From positions 34,782,001-34,846,000 of the forward strand of contig OZ024752.1 in the NCBI GenBank assembly GCA_964016885.1: 64,000 nt of DNA, read 5' to 3'. Positions within the stretch are counted from its first letter, which is position 1. Each line of letters begins with the position of its first letter. This document shows positions 54,215 to 64,000 of the stretch, piece by piece. The notes beneath the pieces were generated by a model. That model had not been told where the DNA came from. It saw only the letters and a program-made list of their open reading frames with translations, and ran no database searches. Position numbers and translations under genes: made by a program. This stretch comes from Eledone cirrhosa (taxonomy: Eukaryota).

Positions 54215-54470
54215 CAGAGTTTTCCTTCTCCTAGAATTCTGCCTTGACAAAGGCTAAGGGGTCATCTCTCCCGGTGATTTTGGATGGCCATTGACTCTTA
54301 AGAGCTCCTTTACCCTTTGACAGGCTTTGTTTTTAGTCCTGCAGGATGTCCAAAGTCACCCTCCTCACCAAGAAACCTTGGTGGGGTTGCCAGTTTAGTC
54401 GCCAACGACCCGACCATGAGACAGGTTGTACTGGGATACATGTTACCAGTAGCACCAACTGGTGACCTGA
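54215..54470. repeat. Dispersed repeat abutting (CATA)n, copy 2
   Basis: Collinear with 53165-53428. Confidence 0.75.
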
Positions 54471-55639
54471 CATACATACATACATACATACATACATACA
54501 TACATACATACATACATACATACATACATACATACATACATACATACATACACCTAGAATAAAAAAAGAGAAACTATGTTTGACACGAAATTTATGTCTC
54601 TTGAACGAGACTCTATCCTCATTTAATACTGGATCAAACGTTCTTTTTGTTTCCTTTTGTCTTTTCATTTTATTTACGATCAGCTTCCAGTGTGTTCTAT
54701 TATATGTTAGAACAATTTTTTTTTTGTGTGTGTGTGGGGGGGGGGTCTATTTTTATTTTTTGTTGTTGTTTTTTACACTGTTTTTTACACTGCTTTTAGC
54801 AGTTTTATAAAATATTGCATCACGGAGTTCCGCACGGACGACGAGAGAGGAAACTTAAAGTCAGTTCTACTTTGCTAATGATTTGATACACAATCTTTAA
54901 TGTTGTCAACATATATCAGACCACAAAGATAATTGTCAATAGCTGTGAGTTGTCTGAACAACAACAACAACAACAACAAGAGCAACAGCAACAGCAACAA
55001 CAACAACAAATGAGTTATAGGAATTATTCAAAAATGTTTTATATAATTTGTACCGTTTTGAACTGTCGGTCTGGTGGCGGGAGAGGACGTGGTGTTGCGG
55101 TATATCAAGTTGTCATTTAAACCTTCTTCTTTCAATTCTATTTGATTTAATACCTTTCACTAATTAAAATTTTTTTGTTTGTTCTGAATATCTTTCTATT
55201 CGACTGGTGCTAAATAAAGGTCATCGGAGCAAAACAAGCCTATCATTTCACAAACAGTAGCGCCGGTTTCGTTTGAAGTGGTGACTGCGAGAATCGAAAA
55301 AAAAAAAAAAAAAAAAAAAGGGATGCCGCCGTCTTTTAGTGACCTATACACGTTCTCCTTAAAAAAAAAAAAAAAAAAAAAAAAAGGGCTGAGGGTGCCT
55401 TTTTTTCACATCGAACGCCAGTTAAGTGTTACCTGTTGGCTTTGTTGTATTCGAGTACATCCAGTGAAAATCACTTAGAGAAAGGAAGTTATATTTTTAA
55501 CAAAGGCTTCGCAAAATAAACAGACAACCCACTCGACTGCCTGTATAGTTTGTAAACTAAACAATGTTTGTTCACGTCGTCTAAATGAATGAATGACTGA
55601 ATAAATAAACAAACTAAGAAAGAAAGAAACAAACAAACA

Positions 55640-56120
55640 AATATATAAATAGATATATAAATATATAAATGAATATATGTATATATATATATAAATAAAT
55701 GTATAAGTATATAAGTAAATATATATGTAAATAAATATATGTATATATATAAATATATAAATAAATGTATGTATACGTATAAATATATAAATATATGTAT
55801 GTATATATATATATAAATGTATAAATATATGTATATATATATATAAATATATATATATAAATATATGTATATATATATAAATATATGTATATATATAAAT
55901 ATATAAATATATAAATAAATATATGTATATATAAATATGTAAATAAATATATGTATATATATAAATATATAAATATATGTATAAATATATAAATATATAG
56001 ATAAATATATGTATATATATATATATAAATATATAAATAAATATATGTATATATATATATATATAAATATATAAATAAATATATATATATATATATAAAT
56101 ATATAAATAAATATATGTAT

Positions 56121-56151
<31 letters not shown>

Positions 56152-56388
56152 AATATATAAATAAATATATGTATATATATAAATATATAAATATATGTAT
56201 AAATATATAAATAGATAAATATATGTATAAATATATAAATATATAGATAAATATATGTATATATATATAACTATATAGATAAATATATGTATATATATAT
56301 AAATATATAAATAAATATATATATATATATATAAATCAATATATATATATATATATATAAATAAATATATATATATATATATAAATAA

Positions 56389-56419
<31 letters not shown>

Positions 56420-56488
56420 TATATATTTATATATATATAAATAAATATATATATATATATATAAATAAATATATATATATACAAATAA

Positions 56489-56519
<31 letters not shown>

Positions 56520-56590
56520 TATATATATATATATAAATAAATATATATATATATATAAATAAATATATATATATATATATATAAATAAAT

Positions 56591-56621
<31 letters not shown>

Positions 56622-56642
56622 AATAAATATATATATATACAA

Positions 56643-56679
<37 letters not shown>

Positions 56680-56740
56680 CATATGTATATATATAAATAT
56701 ATAAATATATAAATATATGAATATATAAATAAATAAACAC
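55640..56740. repeat. AT-only low-complexity (TA)n/TAAA field
   Basis: Directly visible. Confidence 0.95.
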
Positions 56741-56859
56741 GTTATTAAAAGCTTAGCAATTTACACATTCCAGCCATATCATATATCATATATAACATAT
56801 ATCGTATCATATAGTATGATAAGTATTTTCAAGAGTTATACTAAATATACCATATATTG

Positions 56860-57024
56860 AAGGGCGGTGAATTGGCAGCAGAATAGTTAGAGCGTCGGCC
56901 AACACGGTTTGCGGCACAGAGTTACGGTCCTTTACGTTCTGAGTTCAAATCCTGTCGTGGTTAGCTTTGCCTTTCATCCTTTCAAGGTCGATAAAAAAAA
57001 ATACCAGTTTAGTACTGAGGTCGA

Positions 57025-57030
<6 letters not shown>
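56860..57030 (+). mobile_element. Nin-domain SINE
   Basis: GGCGGTGAATTGGCAG head, B-box and Nin domain. Confidence 0.75.
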
Positions 57031-57061
<31 letters not shown>

Positions 57062-57559
57062 TCCCCCCCCCCCTCCCTCTCTCCTTTTCTGGAAGAAATC
57101 TGTTGTATTCAAACCTGAAGATGCAATGAGCTCTGCCAGGTTTTAAATCCTCAATACGGCGCCTCTAAGACACCCTCAGGATGTACAGGACCATACCATA
57201 CTATAGCAAAGGATTGTTACGCGGTGGAAAATCACAAAATGCTGCTTACTTTAGCCGTCATCAAATCCGACACAATGTAAACGATTGAAGTGGCATTTAA
57301 AGTTCATAAGATATTTATTAGAAAGGTTCAAGTAACGAGAATATGGCCTACGGTTACCGTCTGTTATAAAAGGTTCGAGGAATGACAATAAAAACATACT
57401 CTCTCTACAATAAAACATACAGATAACCTTATAAAAAGATCTCATAACTCCTTGTGGAGTTGTAGAGGCACCGTTATACGACGTGTTTAGGGCATATTTA
57501 AACCTGGTGGAGCCCAACCCTCTTAGCCGATTTTTTCTATAGAAGAAGAATCGACCACA

Positions 57560-57719
57560 GTACTGAACTGGTACTTTTTATTTATCGACCTCGAAAGGAT
57601 GACAGGCAAAGTTGACCACGGCGGGATTTGAACTCAGAGCGTGCAATGAGGTGGGACGAACACCCTAAAGCATTCTATCCGTAAAGCATTCTATTCGACG
57701 TCTTAATGACTCTGCCAAT
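57560..57719 (-). mobile_element. Nin-domain SINE (diverged)
   Basis: GGTACTTTTTATTTATCGACCTCGAAAGGATGA...GATTTGAACTCAG. Confidence 0.7.
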
Positions 57720-58097
57720 AAAACATACAGATAACCTTACAGAACATTAAAGGTTATTAAAATCCATAAATCCATTGATCTTCCAGGATTTTACATGATG
57801 CTACTGTAGCTTCATGGCGAACTGTCAAATTCTTCGGTTTATTATTTCAGTTTTCTGTTAAGCTGCTAAAACCTACCAGCGTATATTTTATAGTTTACAC
57901 AGGAACATAAATAAAACTTCTACTTCCGTATTACATACAATATTAATTATATTTGAATGCTTTTGTGATAACAATCAGGAAATGTTTTATTTACAGAAAC
58001 ATACATATAAAGCAATAAGGAAATGAAGAATAGAAGAAAAGGAAAAAAAAATGAAATGAAAGAAGAAATTAAACAACGAAAAAGGGAAGAGTGGGAG

Positions 58098-58410
58098 GCA
58101 ACAGACTCTACACGCCCAGACTGAGCGGTATCTCTCAACTACGTCTTGTAGATAAAATAACGAAGACATTGCCACGGAGAAAGACCAGTAACACCCGCTG
58201 TGGCAGACTCTACACACCCACACTGAGCGGTATCTCTCAGCTGCGTCTTGTAGACAAAATAACGAAGGCATTGCCACGGAGAAAGACCAGTAACACCCGC
58301 TGTGGCAGACTCTACACACCCACACTGAGCGGTATCTCTCAGCTGCGTCTTGTAGACAAAATAACGAAGGCATTGCCACGGAGAAAGGCCAGAAACACCC
58401 GCTGTGGCAG
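58098..58410. repeat. 102-bp tandem repeat, about 3 copies
   Basis: TGGCAGACTC recurs at 58201 and 58303. Copies 2 and 3 are nearly identical. Confidence 0.92.
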
Positions 58411-58794
58411 CCACTCCACGTCACGGGGTTCTTTCCTCAGACGGGAGGATGGACCAAAGAAGAATTTGAGAACGTGAATGAGAAAGTTTGATTCTACTAA
58501 ATAAAAGTAAATCTAATCTAATCTGGCCGAGTTTACACTCGCAAAGAAGAACCAGGGCCACCCCTAGGAGCATTGGATTTGGTGTACTTCATATTTGTTT
58601 CGGTTGCTGAATACAATCAGGGGTCGCTGCTTCTCTTGAAGGCCAATAGTTCTCTTCTAACTCGGGCGGGAGCGTCTTTCCATTGTTAATTTGCATTGAT
58701 CATCTGCAAAGCCGCATTGTTCTCAGAACTATTACACCAGTCTTTCGATGCGTGCAGCTGGAACTACTGCCACCCATTGATTTGGCAGGATTTT

Positions 58795-58942
58795 TTAAAT
58801 ATTTTTAGATGGCCGTTGACTCTTATGAGTTCTTTCGCCCTTTGTCAGATTTTGTTTTTTGTCCTGCAGGGTGTTCAAAATCACCCTCCTCACTAAGTAA
58901 ACTTGGTGGGGTTGCCGGTTTAGTCGCCGACGACCCGACCAA
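58795..58942. repeat. Dispersed repeat, copy 3 (partial)
   Basis: Collinear with about 54280-54415. Confidence 0.7.
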
Positions 58943-59184
58943 GCATACGATTAATCTTGGTTGCTTTGAATGACAGTGGAGAATTATTTTAGGTTTTGCT
59001 ATTCAAACACTAGGGTTGAAATAGTTTTATAATATTTATTCTAGAGATTTTCGAAATAAAAGACATTTTTATCAGGTCTTCCAGGCAAGCTATGACAGAT
59101 GGGGAACATCCCCAAAAATCTCCCACTATATTCCAAAAAGCGAATTTAAAAATAAAAAAAAATGACTATTTTTATGAAAGATTT

Positions 59185-59446
59185 TACGGGCAAAACCAAC
59201 AAGCAGGAGACCCAGGGGTTAAACCCCGAGCAAAGATGGTTGGATAACATCCATGAGGTTGGTTAATCTCGCTTGGGGGTCCATCCTGATCAACTGGAGA
59301 CAGCTGCTTTCGACAGGACCCGCTGGAAGGAGTGTTTGAGGACTCTGCCCTCTACGTCTCTCCCAGGAATATATGGGCGAAGAAAAAGAAAAGAAAAAGA
59401 AAAAGAAAAAGAAAAAGAAAAAGAAAAAGAAAAAGAAAAAGAAGAA
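59185..59446 (+). pseudogene. 3' end of an RTE-clade LINE with (GAAAAA)n tail
   Basis: Frameshifted KPTSRRPRG..PR.RWLDNI...LGVHPDQLETAAFDRTRW matches the RTE ORF2 C-terminal R.RGRP..RW.D / A.DR..W signature. Confidence 0.72.
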
Positions 59447-60269
59447 ATTTTATGATAAAGGGAATCGTTTCTTGAACCTTTTGTCAAACAAGTAATTGAC
59501 ATTCCATTTAAAACTATTTAAAACAACTTCGACATTTTACTCATTCCTTTTCAGACCGCAATATTGAAAATGCGCGTGTGTGAGTGTATGTGTTTGTGCG
59601 TCTATATGTGTGTGTGAGTATATGTGTGTATGTGTGAGAGAGTGTATGTGTGAGAGTGTGTATGTGTGTGAGTGTGTATGTGTGTATGTGTGTAAGTGTG
59701 AGTGCATGTGTATGCGTGTGTGTGAGTGTATGTGTGAGTGTATGTGTATGTGTGAGTGTGTGTGTGAGTGTGTGTGTGAGTGTATGTGTATGTGTGTGTG
59801 TGTGTGTGAGTGTATGTGTGTGTGTGAGTGTGTGTGACAGAGAGAAAGAGAAATAAAGAAAAAAGCACGAAAGAGAGAAAAAGAGTGAGATGGTGCGTGT
59901 GTGAAAGAGAGAGAGGGGGGAGGGAGAAGAAGAGTGAGATGGAGAGTGTATGAGAGAGAGAGAGGGGGGGAGAAGAAGAGTGAGATGGAGAGTGTATGAG
60001 AGAGAAAGAGAGATATAAAGAAACAGAGGGAGAGAGAAATAAAATCACGACAAAGAGAAAAATAGTGAGATGGGGTGTGAGTGTGAGTGTGTGTATGTGT
60101 GAGTGAGTGAGTGCGTGAGTGCATGTGTGAGTCAGTATGTGCGTGCGTGTGTGAGTGTGTGTGAATGTGTGTGAACGTGTGTTTGTGTGAGTGCGTGTGT
60201 ACGTGTGAGTGTGAGTGCGTGTGTGTGTAAGTGTGTGTGTGTGTGAGTGCGTATGTGTGTGCGAGCGCC

Positions 60270-62470
60270 TGTGTGAGTGTGGTGGGGTGGAGGATGGAGG
60301 GTTGAGGGTGCTGCGTGAGGGGGTGGAGGGTGCAGGGTGATGCATATGAGTGCGTGTGTATATGGTGGAGTGGAGGATGGAGGATGGTGGGTGGAGGGTG
60401 CAGCGTGTGAGTGTGTGGTGGGGTGGAGGATGGTGGGTGGAGGGTGCTGCGTGTGAGTCTGTGATGGAGGATGGAGGATGGAGGGTGGAGGGTGCTGCGT
60501 GTGAGTGTAGTGGAGCTGGAGGATGGAGGGTGCTGCATATGAGTGCGTGTGTATATGGTGGAGTGGAGGATGGAGGGTGCTGCGTGTGAGTGTGTGGTGG
60601 AGTTGGAGGATGTGGGTGGAGGGTGCTGCGTGTGAGTGTGGTGGGGGTGGAGGATGTGGGTGGAGGGTGCTGCGTGTGAGTGTGGTGGGGGTGGAGGATG
60701 GAGGGTGGGGGTGCTGCATGTGAGTGTGGTGGAGGTGGAGGGTGGAGGGTGGAGGGTGCTGCGTGTGAGTGTGTGGTGGAGTGGAGGATGGAGGGTGGAG
60801 GGTGCTGCGTGTGAGTGTGGTGGGGGTGGAGGATGGAGGGTGGGGGGTGCTGCATGTGAGTGTGGTGGAGGTGGAGGGTGGAGGGTGGAGGGTGCTGCGT
60901 GTGAGTGTGTGGTGGAGTGGAGGATGGTGGGTGGAGGGTGCTGCGTGTGAGTCTGTGGTGGAGTGGAGGATGGTGGGTGGAGGGTGCTGCGTGTGAGTGT
61001 GGTGGGGGTGGAGGATGGAGGGTGCTGCGTGTGAGTGTGGTGGGGGTGGAGGATGGAGGGTGGAGGGTGCTGCATGTGAGTGTGGTGGGGGTGGAGGATG
61101 GAGGGTGGAGGGTGCTGCGTGTGAGTGTGGTGGGGGTGGAGGATGGAGGGTGGAGGGTGCTGCGTGTGAGTGTGGTGGGGATGGAGGATGGAGGGTGGAG
61201 GGTGCTGCGTGTGAGTGTGGTGGGGGTGGAGGATGGAGGGTGCTGCGTGTGAGTGTGGTGGAGGTGGAGGATGGAGGGTGGAGGGTGCTGCGTGTGAGTG
61301 TGGTGGGGGTGGAGGATGGAGGGTGCTGCGTGTGAGTGTGGTGGGGTGGAGGATGGAGGGTGGAGGGTGCTGCGTGTGAGTGTGGTGGGGGTGGAGGATG
61401 GATGGTGGAGGGTGCTGCGTGTGAGTGTGGTGGGGGTGGAGGATGGAGGGTGGAGGGTGCTGCGTGTGAGTGTGGTGGGGTGGAGGATGGTGGGTGGAGG
61501 GTGCTGCGTGTGAGTGTGGTGGGGGTGGAGGATGGAGGGTGGAGGGTGCTGCGTGTGAGTGTGGTGGGGGTGGAGGATGGAGGGTGGTGGGTGCTGCGTG
61601 TGAGTGTGGTGGGGGTGGAGGATGGAGGGTGGGGGGTGCTGCGTGTGAGTGTGGTGGGGGTGGAGGATGGAGGGTGGTGGGTGCTGCATGTGAGTGTGGT
61701 GGGGGTGGAGGATGGTGGGTGGGGGGTGCTGCGTGTGAGTGTGTGGTGGAGTTGGAGGATGGAGGGTGGAGGGTGGAGGTGGAGGGTGGAGGGTGCTGCA
61801 TATGAGTGCGTGTGTATATGGTGGAGGATGGAGGATGGAGGGTGGAGGGTGGCGGGTGGAGGGTGGCGGGTGGAGGGTGGCGGGTGGAGGGTGCTGCGTG
61901 TGGTGAATGTGGTGGAGGGTGGAGGGTGGAGGGTGGAGGGTGCTGCATATGAGTGCGTGTGTATATGGTGGAGGATGGAGGATGGAGGGTGGAGGGTGGC
62001 GGGTGGAGGGTGCTGCGTGTGAGTGCGTGTGTATATGGTGGAGGATGGAGGATGGAGGGTGGAGGGTGGAGGGTGGAGGGTGGAGGGTGCTGCATATGAG
62101 TGCGTGTGTATATGGTGGAGGATGGAGGATGGAGGGTGGAGGGTGGCGGGTGGAGGGTGCTGCGTGTGGTGAGTGTGGTGGAGGGTGGAGGGTAGAGGGT
62201 ACTGCATATGAGTGCGTGTGTATATGGTGGAGGATGGAGGATGGAGGGTGGAGGGTGCTGCGTGTGAGTGTGGTGAAGGGTGTAGGGTGGAGGGTACTGC
62301 ATATGAGTGCGTGTGTATATGGTGGAGGATGGAGGATGGAGGGTGGAGGGTGCTGCGTGTGAGTGTGGTGAAGGGTGGAGGGTGGAGGGTACTGCATATG
62401 AGTGCGTGTGTATATGGTGGAGGATGGAGGATGGAGGGTGGAGGATGGAGGGTGGAGGGTGCTGCGTGTG
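60270..62470. repeat. G-rich minisatellite built from GGAGGGT/GGAGGAT heptamers and a GTGCTGCGTGTGAGTGT spacer
   Basis: Directly visible variable units of about 38-60 bp with strong G/C strand skew. Confidence 0.95.
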
Positions 62471-62895
62471 CTTTTTTTTTTTTATGAAATGAAGAAAAAT
62501 AAGTCATGTCGTATATAAGAGAGTTTTTCTGTTCCAACCTATCTTTCAAGATCTAAATATCAATTACAAAGTATACTTAACACAATATATGCTTCTTACC
62601 AACACTTCAAAAACTCACTCAATGTGTCTAGGTTTGTTCACGATCGCATGATATTTTGTGGAAAGATATCATGTTACAAGCTGCAGCACGAGGCGGAGCT
62701 TTTTTACAACAACAACAACAATAATAATAACAACAAACACACACAAACACAGAAAAGGAAAAGGAATTGGAATTGCTTCTTTTTTTTTTTTTTTCTTTTT
62801 TTTTTTTTCTTTCTTTTTTTTTGACTTTGATTTTGATTTTGACTTCTCTACCTGACTGCAGTTCCGTTTCATTAAGCAGAGCGATAGAGATAGAT

Positions 62896-63008
62896 ATGTT
62901 TCTTTATTAGGGGCACAAAAGAAGGGGACAAATACAAAGGGGGAAGTTTACATACAATAAAAACGTGTAAAATGTTATCACAAATACAATTTAAAAAGTT
63001 AGTCGATT
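62896..63008 (-). mobile_element. 3'UTR stub of the GATA-targeting Tx1 family
   Basis: Matches 40833-40950 and is flanked by GATA repeats. Confidence 0.85.
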
Positions 63009-63067
63009 AGTTAGATAGATAGATAGATAGATAGATGGATAGATAGATAGATAGATGGATGGATGGA

Positions 63068-63163
<96 letters not shown>

Positions 63164-63453
63164 TGAGAGATAGAGATCGATAGATAGATAGAGAGAGAGA
63201 GAGGGGGGAGAAAAGAGATAGATAGATAGAAAGAGGAGTGAGAGATAGAGATCGATAGATAGAGAGAGAGGGGGGAGAAAAGAGATAGAGAGGAGTGAGA
63301 GAGAGAGAGATCTATAGATAGATAGATAGAGAGAGAGAGAGAGAAGGGAGAGATAGATAGAGAGATAGAGAGAGAGGGGAAGAAAAGAGATAGAGAGGAG
63401 TGAGAGAGAGAGATCTATAGATAGATAGATAGAGAGAGAGAGGGGAGAGATAT

Positions 63454-63612
63454 ATTTCTTTATTAGCCGCACATTAGGGGCACAAAAGAAGGGGACAAAT
63501 ACAAAGGGGGAAGTTTACATACAATAAAAACGTGTAAAATGTTATCACAAATGGAATTTAAAAAGTTAGTCGATTTTCCCCAATAGAGGGAGACAGTTTA
63601 TATGGGTAACAC
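63454..63612 (-). mobile_element. 3'UTR stub of the GATA-targeting Tx1 family
   Basis: Matches 40833-40988 and is followed by (GATA)n. Confidence 0.85.
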
Positions 63613-63618
63613 ATGGGG

Positions 63619-63649
<31 letters not shown>

Positions 63650-63793
63650 GAGAGAGGGGGGGAGATAGATAGATAGATAGAGAGGGGAGCAAAAGCATGA
63701 TAAATCTTTGTGGTTTTACAAACAAATAAACAAAATATGTTTTTAACGAAGATCGTATATGACACGGTAAAAGGCTTCAAAATAAACCAACGC

Positions 63794-64000
63794 CGTCACT
63801 ACCACCACCACTATACCAACCACCACCATCACCATCACTGCCACCGCCACCGCTACCACCACCACTATACCAACCACCACCATCACCATCACTGCCACCG
63901 CCACCGCCACCACCACCACTATACCAACCACCACCATCACCATCACTGCCACCGCCACCGCCACCACCACCACCACTATACCAACCACCACCATCACCAT
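63794..64000. repeat. About 54-bp (CAC)-based tandem repeat
   Basis: CACTATACCAACCACCACCATCACCAT recurs four times. Confidence 0.9.

Noticed and set aside
54800-55480. CpG-richer segment as a host promoter or 5'UTR
   Set aside because: No ORF, defined promoter motif or transcript evidence is visible from sequence alone.
58098-58410. Possible CRISPR array or repeat protein
   Set aside because: Units are contiguous with no unique spacers, there are no cas genes, the context is eukaryotic, and no start or splice support exists for a protein.
59537-62549. 800-930 aa His/Pro-rich ORFs resembling extensin
   Set aside because: Open in all three minus frames across a G-rich minisatellite; artefact.

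Overview
Eukaryotic, AT-rich, microsatellite-saturated repeat region. Its SINE complement suggests an octopod cephalopod (inference). No host protein-coding gene can be supported, and almost all ORFs in the track are microsatellite artefacts. The real coding content is a cluster of L1/Tx1-clade non-LTR retrotransposons. Two intact full-length elements lie head-to-tail in an (ATT)n tract (14191-19985, 19986-26060). A disrupted full-length element (35119-40809, minus) and several 3' stubs lie in (GATA)n tracts. In all three full-length elements a consensus splice donor (G|GTAAGT) sits at the end of ORF1. In three of four copies the ORF2 stop codon doubles as a splice acceptor (CTGTAG|G), so ORF2 looks like an intron. 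The (TA)n tracts hold at least 7 sequence-unrelated families of short, mostly fold-back (palindromic) inserts. Most carry type I hammerhead-ribozyme folds with a palindromic loop 3 and covarying stems, plus an unpaired 65-100 bp tail with a shared TTGAGTRC motif. These are most likely Penelope-like element termini. Also present: tRNA-derived and Nin-domain SINEs, mariner and hAT MITEs, CRE and RTE LINE remnants, and large minisatellites.
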